A stretch of 64,000 bases of DNA from Amoebidium appalachense (Eukaryota; Protista; Ichthyosporea). Position numbers and translations under genes: made by a program. The notes beneath the pieces are model-generated. The model saw only the letters and a list, made by a program, of their open reading frames with translations, had not been told where the DNA came from and ran no database searches. Location: contig CAVNZM010000016.1 of NCBI GenBank assembly GCA_963693365.1, positions 2,219,984-2,283,983 on the forward strand. Direction: 5' to 3'. Numbering within the stretch: position 1 is the first letter of the stretch; each line of letters begins with the position of its first letter. Below, in pieces: positions 25,421 through 49,657 of the stretch.

Positions 25421-25790
25421 TTTTGAATACTTGTGAATTACGTCTGGGGAGTTCGAGAATTATTCCCAGGGGGGGTTCTAGAAAATCATTCCTGTGTGTA
25501 CAACGACCCTCGGCGTGTTCGAGTTCATAGTCGGAGAATCATTTTTCACACAACCTGCCCATTAGGGTTGTTACGTTTCATTCAGATTCTGTGGGCCCAA
25601 GCGAACATTGCTGCACCATGCCCATAAAACTATCCTTATAACACACGTAGTTTTGTCAGGGTTTTTGATGTAATTTAGTTTTTTCATTCGTTCTTTGTAA
25701 CTGTATACATCAAAATAACCAATTACTGAAAAAAAAAAAAAAAAAAGAAAAGTATCAAAAAAAAAAAAAAAAAGAGAAGAACTTCCGAAG

Positions 25791-36179
<10,389 letters not shown>

Positions 36180-38441
36180 ACATTTAATTTTAATCTTTTT
36201 TAATTAAAGAGGTGATATTGGTTTGCCCCGATAGCGGTGATGGCTAGTTTGTTAATTAAATTGAAAATTCTATGTATGGTTAAGTCCCTATAGAGGTTAT
36301 GCTTATGGTCGAGAAAGAACGGAGAAAAGCAAGCTAGATGCAAACAAGGTGTCGTGCGTAAGCATTAATTTTTAAACTGGTTATAGAAAGTAATTTTAAT
36401 ATTTTGTAAGAATAGCGACTTTGTCTACGGATGGAAAAAAAAACACTTAGTATTATGAAAAAGGTGGGCGGTTCCCAGAGGGCAGGGGGGGGGGGGGGGA
36501 GGGGGGGGTGAAGAGGGGGGGAGGGGGGGGGAGGGGGGGGAGAGGGGGAGTGAAGGGAAGGCGGGGGAGGGGAAGTGGGAGGGGGTAAGACAGAGATGGG
36601 TGAGTAGGTAAGAGGGGGGGGGGGGGGGAGGGGGGGCGGGGGTAGGGGGGAAGGGTCTCTATGTAAGCATAGATCAGTTACTGTATGAGACGATGTTATC
36701 CTATGCAGACACCATTTTTATGTTTTATTTGCCGTGTAATTGGCTGCAAACTAATATTAGATGCTTCTTTCTGAATGCTTGTCCCACCCACACAAAGCTT
36801 CTATTGGATCCAAGACTGAGAATATTGAATGTTGGTGACATTTTTTTAAAGTTATTGTATGAGGAAAATATTTAAAGAAACACATTGATATGGTCCTACT
36901 GTAACAGTATTCATTTGGATGGTGAAGTTACAATTGCAAGTTCAAGCCCAGGAAATGGCAACGCAGATGCGCAAAGAAGTACACATGATCAATGATTGCA
37001 ACACGCCGTCGAGTCCGATTCATGTGTGTGTGTGCGTGTGTGTGTGGGGGGGGGGGGTGGGGTGGGGGGGGGGGAGGGGGGGGTTGGAAGGGGGAAGGGG
37101 CGGGGGGAGGGGAGGAGGGGGGGGGGGGGGGAGGGATATACATGTCTGTGAGTCTGTTTGTGTACGTGCTTGCAAGTATTATGATGTTAGCTGTGAGCTT
37201 GTATCAAGGGAGAGGGTCCCTATGGGGGGTGAAGGAGGGGCAGGGGGGGCTGCGGAGTGCGCACGTGTGTGCATCTGTGTGTGGAGCGGTGGTGGTGGTG
37301 CTGGTGGTGGTGGTGGTGGTGGGTGGGCAGGTGGGTGGGTGGGTGACTCAGAGTGGGTTGCGTGGGGGGTGGGGGTGGGGGGGGGGGGGGGTGCGGGGGG
37401 GGGGGGGGGGGGGGGTGCGGGGTGGGGGGGAAGGGAGGTATTGCGCACGTGTGTGCATGTGTGGAGGGGTGGTGATGGTGGTGGTCATGGTGGAGGGCGG
37501 GGGGGGGGGGGGGGGGGGGGTGAGTGGGTTTTTTTTTTCTTTCTTTTTTTTTTTTGGGGGGGGGGGGGAGGGCAGGGGGGGGGGACAATGCTAGTGGGTG
37601 CCTGTGAAACTTTTCATCTAGTTCATAACTTCTCCAGTTAACGTCGTAAGCCTAAGAACCGGGTGCGGGGGGAGGGGGGGGAGGAGGGGGGGAGGGGGGG
37701 GGGGGGGACGTGAAGGGCTGAGAGGGGGTTAAGTATGATATGCAACAGACAATCATTATTACATAGAAGAAGGAGTCCGAGAGTTTTGGATTTTTCTATG
37801 AATGCCATATTTGGCACCACTGCCTTTCGGTGGGGACCCAGAGACATAATATTCCTACTTTTATAGATTGAGCCCATCTAACAGACATGGCAGAACGATC
37901 GGGCCACCATAGTATTGTTTACATAGAGATTTCGGGTTGCTCTAGTTTCTTCCGGTTAATCTGGGGGGGGAGCGGAGGAGGAGGTGGTGGGAGGGGGGGG
38001 GGCTATCACCTTTCTCAACCTATTTTCGTGGCAGCGCCTAAAAAGTTGGTTCAATGAGGCTCGAAAGCACGCGGCATAGCCGCTATGATAGCTCCTGTTA
38101 AGTTAAACAAAATTAATTGCAATATGAATGCTAGATTACTAAGAATAGCTAAAAAAGGAATACAAGTTTTAAAAATGCACAACGTGCCTTAGTGTGGTAG
38201 ACGTAATATCTTCTACATGCGATTTAACTATTTACAAAGCAGTTCTTTTCGATTGGGCGGAAAGACACTGCTGGCCTGGTGCCGGCACGTGATCACAGCC
38301 TCGATATACTCAGTGTATGCAGAAAACAAAGTTTGACTATTTACAGAATATTCCCGCCATTAATACTCACGATTGGCAGGTCTAAAAGCCTGTGGTTCCA
38401 TCACTATGGTATCTATCGGAAAATAGAGCAGATATCAATAT

Positions 38442-38540
38442 CGGCGGCCAAAACGGCAAGAGAAGTTGGTATAGACATGGTTGAAAGGACTGCGTGCGTG
38501 AAACCAAAACACAAGTGTACGTCCGCGGAATTCCGAATAA
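38442..38540 (+). repeat. Dispersed ~95-bp repeat, copy 1 (copy 2 at 42136-42223)
   Basis: CGGCGGCCAAAACGGCAAGAGAAGTTGGTATAGACATGGTTGAAAG...GAAACCAAAACACAAGTGTACGTCCGCGGAATTCCGAATAA occurs in both; copy 2 lacks ~11 nt. Confidence 0.85.
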
Positions 38541-39298
38541 TATGGTTTCCCGAGAGAGGAGGCAGCGTGGAGTGAATCTGGAGGCAACATGAGGTCGTTT
38601 CATTCTTTCTGCATTCCAAGACGTGCATTAGATAAGGTTTTGATTTGTGATTGGTTTCTTTAGGGAGCTTTATCCAGTTTTGGAGCCATCGATGACGTTG
38701 GCTGCAGATTTGCCAAATTGGTAAATGTACACTTACAGGGGATTGGTTAAAAAGAATGTTAGTTGGTTTTGATTGGTTTTGGTTAGGGATTTCCGATTGG
38801 CTAATAAGTTAGGTATATAAACGGATCACACACAGATTTTGACTCAGTTTTGTCTTTTTCAAGTCAGTGTGACCGTGGTTAGTGATAGAGGAAAATTCAG
38901 CAGAGAGAGGTGAGGATTTAGTCGTTTGGTTAAAGTGGGGTTTGATGGCTGTCTTGTTAAACAGCACAACCTCCTTTCGATGACTGAATAGCGTCTACTT
39001 CTTTGTGCTGTGTTTTCGTTCCCACCGTCCCATCCCTAGAGGTATAAGGGGGCATCTCCGGCCATTGTGGTTGGATTTGCTGTTCCCTTGGCTAGGTATA
39101 GTGGGGGTTTACGCTGTTTACTCGAGGCAAAGAGAACCAGTCTCAGGTATGGGGGGGGGGGGTTTGCTCGGAATATCCCCTCAGCGGTATATCATGATCA
39201 CGTACATAGATGTCGGGTGGTGACTATATATCAGGGTTTACTTTCTCTACGAGACACCATAAAGACTACAAGGAGAAATCAATTAGTTGGGGTTCCCC

Positions 39299-39299
<1 letters not shown>

Positions 39300-39346
<47 letters not shown>

Positions 39347-39378
39347 GGGCTCCCCTCGGGACACTCGGTATCAGCTGG

Positions 39379-39413
<35 letters not shown>

Positions 39414-41614
39414 GTGTGTGTGTGTGCGCGTGCGCTATAATTTTGTAGTGATGTGTTTCTCAAGCCAATCAATACATCTAATAAACAGGTCGTAGTTACG
39501 CGTGTTTAGTATAAAATCAAGGATGTTGTAATTTACAGGTAGGCTATCTTTCTGGGTGTCTGTTGTGAATGTGACGTGTGTGTGTTGCGGTATTATGTGG
39601 TCTATCAAACTACATTTGGCGATACATGACCGGTTAAACTGGTGTGTGTGTGTGTTGTTTGGGCATGCAAATGATGCCACCTTATACTTATTAGATCTCC
39701 ACTGTATAGCACGTGTACAGTAAAAGCGTGGTAATTGATCAATAATACCATCAGCTAGAGAAAGACCAGTTCTACAGGAAGGTAATATGTATTTAGGTGT
39801 TATACACTTGCGAGTGCCATATTTGGCAATATGGTTGAGGCGGTCAGTATATATAAAACGAGACATAAGGCTTAGTTTTTCAAGGTGTATGCTTTCATCG
39901 GGTCTAGTGTCGTGTGGTATCTTTTTCCATTTGTTATATTGCGTGATTATCTTGTGATTGTGTACATGTTTAATAAGTAAGTGGCAGTCCAAAGTCACAC
40001 ACACACTATTGCGGGGTTTATTTGTATTTGTGCCCAGGGGAGAAGGGGAGAGAGAGGGGAGGAAAGAGGGGAGAGGTGAGGAGGGGACAGGTCGGATAGA
40101 GAAGAGAGGGTGGGAGGGCAAATACTTCTTTAAGCGGCTTATGTGCTTATTGAATTTCAGCGCGAGATAGGATACTCTAGCAGCTATTGGGACCAGACCA
40201 TATATCGAGAGCGTTACAGGCCCAGGTTTACAACAGTTGTTAGATAGAAAGGAGGCAACTTCTGCTTCAAGGAAATTTGCCAAGGGTTTAAGCGCTCTAG
40301 TTCTCTCTTTCTTGATCCAAGCGGCGAGAAGGGGTAAACCATATTCACATGCCGGGAAGACAAAAGTGCGAATAAATGTAAGTCTAATAGAAGGATGGAG
40401 GGGTGTGTCTTTAAAAATATTAGCCGAGAAGAAAGCTAACCGCTTACGAGCCAACTCTACCCTCTTTTCGACCATATGGGGAAACATAACACCAACAGAA
40501 TCAACCGGAACACCAAGATATTTGTATTCTGGAACTATAGGTACAGGTTTAGATGATAATGTAAATGTGTGTAAATTGTTAGCTATATCAGGTACAAGAA
40601 CACCACATTTGTCTATGTTAAGGATCATAAGGTTTGCCTTGCACCACTCTGACACTACATCGAACAATCTTTGCAGGCGTCTAGGGGTACGGGCAAGGAG
40701 GGACAGATCATCAGCATAGAGAAGTGCAGGCGGAAAGTTATTAATAGGGTCATCGTTTTCGGCGTAAATCTTGACAGCCAAATCATCTATAAATAGGTTA
40801 AACAAAAAGGGGCTAAGCAATGAACCCTGCAAGAGACCTCTAGTACGAGCAAAACCATATGAAAGATGCCCATTAACCACAGCTCTACCATAGGTTTGAG
40901 ACAAGAGTGCTTCTAACAGAACACCAATGCAGTGTGGTACACCCCGTGCAGCAAGCTTTTCCCATAGGAGACCAGGGGAGACAGAATCGTAAGCAGTTTT
41001 CCAATCAATAAAGCCAACATATTGTGCACCAACTTGCATAGAATCGTGCAGTGCCATTATTTGAACATAACATGAATTGTTTTTACGAAAAGCGGATTGG
41101 CATGGGTGTATGTGAAGAATAGATTGAAACCTAGGGTGATGTGCAAATAACCTAAGTAAGCAAGCTTCAAAGAATCTACGAACAACCTGGGTTAGTGTAA
41201 TGGGGCGAAAGGATGATATGGGGCCCTCAGAGTCCTTCTTAACTATGGGGATCACTAAGGTATCTAACCAAGATGACGGGACATGTCCACATTTAACACA
41301 CCAAGAAAAGAGAGAGCTTAACATGATAGTAAGATCAGGTTTAATAGCACGATCACTTTCCTTTTGTGGGTAGGAGGGAACAAGGATTTTAAGAAACCCA
41401 GCAGGGAGTCCATCAGGTCCACAAGACTTACTAGAGCTATAACTAGATATCACAGACCATATGGCATCGGGACTGAAAAAGGGGAGGATCGATTCTATGG
41501 GGATAGATGGGTCTACAGGCCACACAATAGGTTTCTGAGCGGGGGTCCTATCTTTAAACAGTTCCGAGAAATACTTATCAGAGTCTATGAGGGGGTCTCC
41601 AGTGGTATCACCAA
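39300..41614 (-). mobile_element. LINE family B, 5'-truncated, with intact RT and C-terminus, (CA)n-containing 3'UTR and ~43-nt poly(A)
   Basis: ORF 41525-39435 and its upstream extension, a short 3'UTR, and a T-run at 39300-39342. Confidence 0.95.
39435..41525 (-). CDS. Non-LTR retrotransposon ORF2 reverse transcriptase (family B), N-terminally truncated
   Basis: KSCGPDG, FRPITL, QSAFRK, FIDWKTAYDSV, GLLQGSLLSPFLFNLFIDDL, YADD, NIDKC, YKYLGV. Confidence 0.95.
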   Translation of the reverse strand: MWPVDPSIPIESILPFFSPDAIWSVISSYSSSKSCGPDGLPAGFLKILVPSYPQKESDRAIKPDLTIMLSSLFSWCVKCGHVPSSWLDTLVIPIVKKDSEGPISSFRPITLTQVVRRFFEACLLRLFAHHPRFQSILHIHPCQSAFRKNNSCYVQIMALHDSMQVGAQYVGFIDWKTAYDSVSPGLLWEKLAARGVPHCIGVLLEALLSQTYGRAVVNGHLSYGFARTRGLLQGSLLSPFLFNLFIDDLAVKIYAENDDPINNFPPALLYADDLSLLARTPRRLQRLFDVVSEWCKANLMILNIDKCGVLVPDIANNLHTFTLSSKPVPIVPEYKYLGVPVDSVGVMFPHMVEKRVELARKRLAFFSANIFKDTPLHPSIRLTFIRTFVFPACEYGLPLLAAWIKKERTRALKPLANFLEAEVASFLSNNCCKPGPVTLSIYGLVPIAARVSYLALKFNKHISRLKKYLPSHPLFSIRPVPSSPLPSFLPSLSPSPLGTNTNKPRNSVCVTLDCHLLIKHVHNHKIITQYNKWKKIPHDTRPDESIHLEKLSLMSRFIYTDRLNHIAKYGTRKCITPKYILPSCRTGLSLADGIIDQLPRFYCTRAIQWRSNKYKVASFACPNNTHTHQFNRSCIAKCSLIDHIIPQHTHVTFTTDTQKDSLPVNYNILDFILNTRNYDLFIRCIDWLEKHITTKL

Positions 41615-41638
41615 TAATACGAGCAGGGATAGTGCATC

Positions 41639-41842
<204 letters not shown>

Positions 41843-41854
41843 TACACACACGCA

Positions 41855-41931
<77 letters not shown>

Positions 41932-42135
41932 GCACGCACATACACACACACACACACACACACAACACACACATGTACACCACACACACACGGTGGTGGC
42001 GCTTTAATTAAAGTTTTAAGTTTTATGTTTAGAAATTTATTTGTGTTATTATATGCAGTGTTTACACCCACGAAATAGACTGGCCGCCAATAAGTCGCCG
42101 TGACCGGTGGTGGGGGGCGGCGTCCGCACCGCTCG

Positions 42136-42223
42136 CGGCGGCCAAAACGGCAAGAGAAGTTGGTATAGACATGGTTGAAAGTGAAACCAAAACACAAGTG
42201 TACGTCCGCGGAATTCCGAATAA
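42136..42223 (+). repeat. Dispersed ~90-bp repeat, copy 2
   Basis: Direct repeat of 38442-38540. Confidence 0.85.
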
Positions 42224-42473
42224 AATAGATCTACAAAGGAGATCCAATCAATTGCGACGTAGCTTGTTATTACATCCAATCACATAAAACTCGGGATAAT
42301 GTGATTGCGTTCCAAAAAGAAAAAGGAAACGAGACACAATATCGAAGCTGCTTTGCTTCTCTTTGTTTATAGTTATTATAAGGCGGTTTATTTTATTTTT
42401 CAAACCTCAAAATTTTTCCTTCTCACTTTATACCCACTGGAAATGCCATATCTTGTGTTTAGCGTTTGCCATC

Positions 42474-43003
42474 GCAATCAAGCCCGAAAATTCAGACCTT
42501 TTTTCTCGGTATTTTTTCAAGCCCCGGTGTATTTTCGCCCGGGGGGTATGGTATTTTTCTTCCCAAGTCAATGGAGGATAAAGGAGGGGCCCTACTGTAA
42601 CTTACCAGAACACTTTAGACTTTTTGTTGAATTCTGTTGGTCGTCACATTGAGTATTTATATGATTTTTCCCTCCGGGTATCTGCTACACTAGCTGGCAA
42701 TGTGAACACTTTAGACTTTTTGTTGAATTCTGTTGGTCGTCACATTGAGTATTTATATGATTTTCACACAGTGTTCAGGTATCTCAGTATGCACTTGTTA
42801 CTGGATAACTCGTGAAGTTTTTTTATTTTCTTCTCAGTATGCCGTGCATACTTGTCATATCTTTCCGTCGAATAAATCCAGTCAAAAGAAAACTTACCAT
42901 GAAACTTGCGGGGGCTTACCATAAACTGAAATTTTGATGGTATTTTTGAAACTTTTTGGGTATTTTTTACCGTAAAAACGGGGTTATGGTCGGGCTTGAT
43001 CGC
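42474..43003. mobile_element. Possible MITE / non-autonomous DNA element hosting a LINE-A tail
   Basis: Inverted ends GCAATCAAGCCCGA ... TCGGGCTTGATCGC (11-bp perfect core); no TSD confirmed. Confidence 0.35.
42608..42892 (+). mobile_element. LINE family A 3' fragment with an extra 5' copy of an internal segment; 9-bp TSD
   Basis: 42608-42669 repeats 42704-42765; AACTTACCA occurs at 42599-42607 and 42891-42899. Confidence 0.88.
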
Positions 43004-43824
43004 AATTTGCACAATTTGCCTGACAATCCGTTTTCATTGGCCGAGCTTTTAGGAATCCAATGAAAATGGCTATCCGATTTCTATTGAAAGCCATTTGATT
43101 GGATAACAAATTTAAACCAAATAGTTTTCACGGCCGGTTCCGGGCCCCGGGCTCCGGGCGACGTCCACGCGCATGTGCGTGCTCGTGGGCGAAGTCATCA
43201 TGGGCCAAGCCGATCCCAGGGGAGGAGGGAGTGGGGGGAGGGCTTGGAGGGACGGGGGGTGGAGGAGGGAGGGGGAGAGGGGGGAGAGGGGGGAGGGGGG
43301 CCCGGGGGGATCGGTCGTACTGGTATCGGCCATTCGTGCAGAGATTTTCACTGAGGCACGTGCACGTGCTGTGTGCTAGCTGGTGCGAGCTGCTATGACT
43401 CCATAATGGCCCCCTCCCCTCCCCCCCCCCTCCCCCCCTCCCCCCCCCCCCCCCCCCCACCCCCCTCTCCCGTTCCTTCTCCACCTTTTGTGCCCCCTTC
43501 CCCCCTCCCCACTTCCACCCCCTCCCCCGGCCCCTCGCCTCCTTCCACCCCCGGCCACCAGCTTTCAGTGCTGTGTGTGCAGCTGATAGAATTCTGCTCG
43601 TGTTTATCACTGACGGTGCCGCTACCGTGACTTAATTAAGCCCCATTACTACTTTCGTTCATCCATACTATGGCATTTACCATATGCGAGAGAGGAAGCC
43701 CTCCCCCCCCCCCCCCCCCCCCCCCCCCCACCCCACCCCACCCCACCCCCTCCCAAAAAAAAAAAAGGAAAAAAAGAAAAAAAAAGAAACAAAAGAAAGC
43801 AAGCAAGAAAGAAATTACACAGTG

Positions 43825-43889
<65 letters not shown>

Positions 43890-43931
43890 CGCGCGCGCAC
43901 ACGCACACGCACACACAGACACACACACACA

Positions 43932-43983
<52 letters not shown>

Positions 43984-44831
43984 GACTTCACTCTGTGGCA
44001 AAGCCACAGGGAATATTCCATCGAAGACTACTGTAACATGTGTATGTAAGCGAAGGCTTCGGCCAGGTACATCACGTGTTACAGCACACACACTCGTGGC
44101 GAATTTAAATCTTAATTTAAATTGTTGTGTGAAAGATGAATTTACAGGGACATACACGTCACCGTAACCATTGGATACTTTGCATTAGAGTAGTGTGGCT
44201 ACCCAGCGTGACTAAAGGGATTTACCCACCACAGTAAAAGTCCTACTAGGATACCGGATCGAGGGTGAGCGAACATGTACATAGATGTGAAAAGAAACCA
44301 ATGGGTGAAAAGAAACCAATGGCCGAAACGTGTTTGACGCACATTGATTTCTACCCTTACCGAGCTAAATATACAGGAAGCAGTTTTGAATCGCATAAAC
44401 GAGACGCACATAGATTTTTAGTCGGTTTAAGGTTTGCTTACCGAGCAAAATATGCAGGAAGCTCAAAAGAGATCCGAGTCAGGTTTTTAGTCGCTTAAAC
44501 TTGCCTAGCTAAGGGGAGGCTCTGTACTGTTGCATTTCATTTCTATAGTTTCCATCATGATGCCGTTTTGGCTGATCCAGGCGTTTACGTGGGTTCCTTT
44601 TAGCAATCCGGGTCGGGTCAGACCCGAAGGAAATTTACGGTTTGTGATAGACGAGTTGCGCACCATACAGAATTTTGGCCTGACCCGAAAGGGTCAATAA
44701 ATCGGCCTAACAGAAACCTTTTTTAACAGACTATGACCCTCTGGAGCCTGTAAGCCGTGTAGGAGGACGTCGACAACCCTAATACTAAAGTTTATTGAAT
44801 GTATATCCAATGGTAGTAGGGGCAAAAACAT

Positions 44832-44867
<36 letters not shown>

Positions 44868-44874
44868 GTGCGCG

Positions 44875-44905
<31 letters not shown>

Positions 44906-45195
44906 ATGCACGCAGTCACATCATGCCAGCCTGGGTTTTCAATGGGCCATCGTTGAACCCCGCCACTATATATGATGGGTTCACCATATAATAACCTCCT
45001 CTTAGACTACTAGGTTACATAAGTATCGGTAAGCCACCCCTCTCAGTGTACACTCCAAATCATTTCAATAGCCTCCTCTTAGACGAAGTCATCCCTCTTT
45101 GTATCACTTTAAACAACAAAAACTTCATTTCTTGTTCACCCATTTCATACCATTGAACCCGAATACAAATCGCATAACCACAGACTCGCCTCATA

Positions 45196-45571
45196 TTAAC
45201 GCACTGCAGCCACACCCAAGGAATACAACTCGACCGTGGAAGATGTACCCTGAACAACATTCACACATGAATTGAAAAGCGAGCAGTTGCGAGTGGTGCG
45301 GTCATACGCAGCGTATCGACACTGTGCATGGGCCCTGCAATTTGATTGGCAGGCGGTTGAATCGCTTACAGTTGATTGGCTAATCAGCTGCGATGGGGCA
45401 CAGGTGATCCCCCAGTCCCCCAATTTGACCATCGGTTCTGCGGTATGTTTGAGTGAGCAAATGTTTTTTTTTCCTTTTTCTTTTCTTTTTTTTCCTCCTG
45501 TTCTTTTGGTGACACGTGGTTGTGGGTGTCTATTCGGTTGTAAGCATGTATGTGGTGTCAGTGTGTGCATT

Positions 45572-45633
<62 letters not shown>

Positions 45634-45777
45634 CTCCTGTGCATGGCAGATGTCTTTAAAAGCAGAAAGTAAGGCAACCCTTCCTAGTGCTTCTGGGATA
45701 GGCTGTGCGGAGTAGAACACTAATGGAACATGAGAGGTCCAAAGAGTAATCATATGCTGGGGGGGTTGGGTGGGTGG

Positions 45778-45837
<60 letters not shown>

Positions 45838-46021
45838 GGGGGGGAGGGGAGGGGGGGGGGGGGGGAGGAGGGGGGCGGGGGAGGGAAACACACGGTCCTT
45901 GGTGCAAGTTGTGCCGTCGCCCGAGTAGCCGCTGTTGCATGTGCAGTTGTAGAGGGTGGGGGTGTCGGTGCACTGCGCACTGGGGTCACACAGATGCGTG
46001 CCGAGCGCACACTCATTCACC

Positions 46022-46076
<55 letters not shown>

Positions 46077-46347
46077 GTGTGTATGTGTGTTAATGTGAGT
46101 CAGAGTGAGTGACTGAGTGAGTGAGTGTGTGTGTGTATGTTTGTGTGTGAGTGTGTGCCCTGTGCACGTGTGCGTGTTTGTTTGGGGAGGGGGAGATGCG
46201 GGATGGTGTGCATGTGTATTTGTGAGTGTCAGTGTGTGTGAGTGTGTGCGCAATCCTGTGTGTTAGGAGGAGGGTGGCGGGATGGCGAGCGTGCGTGTGT
46301 ATGCCTGTGTGTGTACGTTTATTCGGAAGGAAGAGGGGGTAGTGTGT

Positions 46348-46397
<50 letters not shown>

Positions 46398-47661
46398 GAG
46401 GGGCGGGGGTGAGGGGGGCACGTACGGTCTTTGGTGCAAGTTGTGCCGTTGCCCGAGTAGCCGCTCTTGCAGGTGCAGTTGTAGAGTGTGGGGGTGTCGG
46501 TGCACTGCGCACTCGGGTCGCACAGATGCGTGCCGAGCGCACACTCATTCACCGCTGTGTGTGTGTGAGTGTGTGTGTGTGTGCGTGTGTGTATGTGTGT
46601 GTGTGTGTGTGTGTGTGCTCGGACATGTACATGTGGGAGGAATTTTGTAAGTAACTCTGAATTGCATCCCCTCGTGCATGTGTTTGCTCTGGTGGCTGCA
46701 GGTCAAAACAATTGATAGTTCATTTCTTTCAGCCAATATCCAAATAGAGGGGGGGGGGGGGGGGGGGGGGGGGGGAGGGAGGAAAAAACTCTGAATGGGG
46801 CATTGAAAGGGGCAGGCAAGATGGAGATATAGGGGGATGCAGAGAGGGAGGGTGAGAGAGAGAAAGAGAGAGCGTGTGACGATTGTACACATGGGTGTGC
46901 TGAAAAGAGGGGGAGGGGGGGAGAGGATGGTGATAGGATGAGAGAGGGGCAGGGAGAAAGCAAAGGAGAAGGAGAGGGAGGCATATGGGGTGAGGGGAAG
47001 AGGAGGAAAAGTCGCTATGTATTATGAAGGCCGGTTAAGGGATTCCATCGGAAGAGAGATACAAGCAGAAAAGACTCCCGAACGGGGCAAGGGGGAGGTG
47101 GGTAGAATGTGTTTAAGACTGCGAAGCACACATGGAGAGTGCTAACTAGACATAGCAGTATGCATTATAGCAAAGCCCATGGTCGGGGGGGGGGGGGGGG
47201 GGGGAGGGAGGGATGCAGGGGAGGGGGGGGGGGGGGGAGGGATCATCCAGGGGAGAGGGGAGGGGGGGGGGGGGGGGGGGGGAGAGGGGGGGGGCATACG
47301 TGGAAAACATTGAGCGTTCGAGACGGCAATATTGTCCACCAAATTTCCGGCTGCAACATAGTTGAAGGCACTAGAGATGGCATTAAATGCCAAGCGGACG
47401 GAAGCAACCCCGGCGGGGACCCTATAGCCGAATTTGTAAACTTTCCAGGCCTTGTTGTCGGTGGTGACTCGCGCAATTTCGGTGAGGTTGGTGGGGGGGC
47501 CTGAAGCGTAAGGAGGGAGGTGAGGTGATTGTTGTCAGTCCATCTGCTTTAAAATCATGTGCGGTTTTATTGATAACGACATCAGGTAAGAGGAGCTTAC
47601 GGAGCTTACCTCCGATGATTTTTTTGATTTTATTCATAACTTGTCAGGGCAATCCCCCCAG

Positions 47662-47711
<50 letters not shown>

Positions 47712-48211
47712 ACACGCACACACACGTTTCCTTCCCTCTCCGAGTCCCCATTCTCTAAGTCTCGGAGATCTTAAAGGTAAAAACGTCACCCTCTATCTAA
47801 AACTACCGGGGGGGGAGGTTGGGGGGGGGGGGGGGGGGGGGGGGGTGGCAACCATCACATAATCCCTGCACTTAAAACCTCCTGCGCTCTTAATTTTCAT
47901 AGCAAAAAAATCATAATTCACTATATTCGCTGGGGCTTGCCGGGGGGTAACTTACCCATCAACACACTCACTGTGTCGTTTCCAAATCTCCCCCTGTGGC
48001 TGAATTCCATTGCAACAAGACTCAGTGGGATCACATCAAAATCCTGATAGAGCATACTACGCTCGTTGGCTTGAATTTCAGCAAATTGTGAACCCTGCGA
48101 TGGAAGAATCAATTTTCGTTGGTAGAGGTGTGACTGGTCACGGCAGTTTACTAACAGGTTGGCGTGGGTGTGATGTGGGTCCGTGCACGTGTGGTACAGG
48201 TGTGAGCATGG

Positions 48212-48260
<49 letters not shown>

Positions 48261-48263
48261 GGT

Positions 48264-48299
<36 letters not shown>

Positions 48300-49594
48300 G
48301 CCACAATCACAGAATGGAATGCCGTTTCGGACTCCAGGAATTTCCGAAACTTTTGCGGCTCTTCAACATTAATGGTTTGGGGAGGGGGAGAGGGGGGGGG
48401 GGGGGGGAGAAAGAGAGATGAAGAGGGGGATGGGGGGAGAAGGGAGGGGGGGGGGGGGGGGGGAGAAAGAGAGATCAAGAGGGGGAGGGGGGGGGGGGGG
48501 GGGGAGGGGGGGGAGGCCACAGACACATGTGCAGAGAACATAAAAGGTTTCTTACACTAATGGCTGGGACGCCTTCCAAACCCGAAGTCCAAAACTCAAG
48601 ATTAGCTTCAGTCGATCTCCAACCAGGGACAAGAGTCTTAAGGAAAGTGTTGTAGGTGCCGGGCTTGCCGATTTCCGGGGTTTCAAAATCCCCGTTCACC
48701 AGGTAGTAGTTGTTGAACTCGCAAACTCGCGTCATATTGGCTGTTGAATGGTGTGTTAGCAGAATAGTTTTTATCCAAACCTGGACTAATCGAAGGTACG
48801 TTCAAATTAGAGCAGTTTGCAACAGAACCGCATGTTAAGCTCTATGCAGACCAGTGAGGATATTTCAAATTTAGGATGGTCCCCCCCCCCCCCCCCAAAA
48901 AAAAAAAAAATAATAAAAAAAAAAAAATAAAAAAATAAAAAATATAAATAAAAAACGTTCAAGTTCTCACTTGACAAAGAGGCTACTCACCCCTTCCACC
49001 TGGCCCGGCCTCACGACCCAGGCAGAATGATACAACCGTAGTACCTCAGAATACTATAGCCGCTAATATCGCAAAATCGTTGAAATATGTATAGACCAAT
49101 TATTCTCACCCAATCGAACGATTAGCCAAATATAGAAATTCGGGCGGAAAGTTTTGGCGCACCAAAAAATGTTTTTTAAACCTATATAAAAAAAAGTAGG
49201 AATATAGGTGACATATAACTACACACGTTTGTACTGCTAGGCTGTACCTCAGTCAGAATACTATAGCACATCGTCACATATAACTATACACCCCGTGTGT
49301 ACCTTTGTATACACTTCCTAGAATAGACCACGAAGTCTTAAGCCATATCATGCTATGTACAGACTCTGGGAGGGGGGCTTATCATTATTAGGTAGCACTA
49401 ATAGTATGTACTCGAGAGGTAAGGTGTGGTACCTGTGCAAATAGTGCCGTCTCCTATGAAGCCACTGTTACACCGGCACGTGTATGAGCCCGGGGTGTTG
49501 GTGCATGTTGCGGAGGCGTGGCACTTGTGCGTTGCGAGGGTACACTCGTTGACATCTGGTGTGTGTGTGTGTGTGTGCGTGCGCGCGCGTTTGC

Positions 49595-49657
<63 letters not shown>

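Noticed and set aside
40237-40719. Plus-strand ORFs within the LINEs (also 60620-62228)
   Set aside because: Antisense shadows of the RT ORFs.
43128-43630. GC-rich ORFs as a continuation of the EGF gene
   Set aside because: Interrupted by G/C runs, no convincing splice sites or motifs, and the gene already stops at 45196.
44605-44700. hAT-like subterminal ACCCGA/TCGGGT motifs
   Set aside because: Too few motifs and no identifiable TIR or 8-bp TSD.
45640-45705. Alternative terminal exon of the EGF gene ([15 protein letters not shown])
   Set aside because: No domain support; the downstream PAN exon is a better in-frame continuation.
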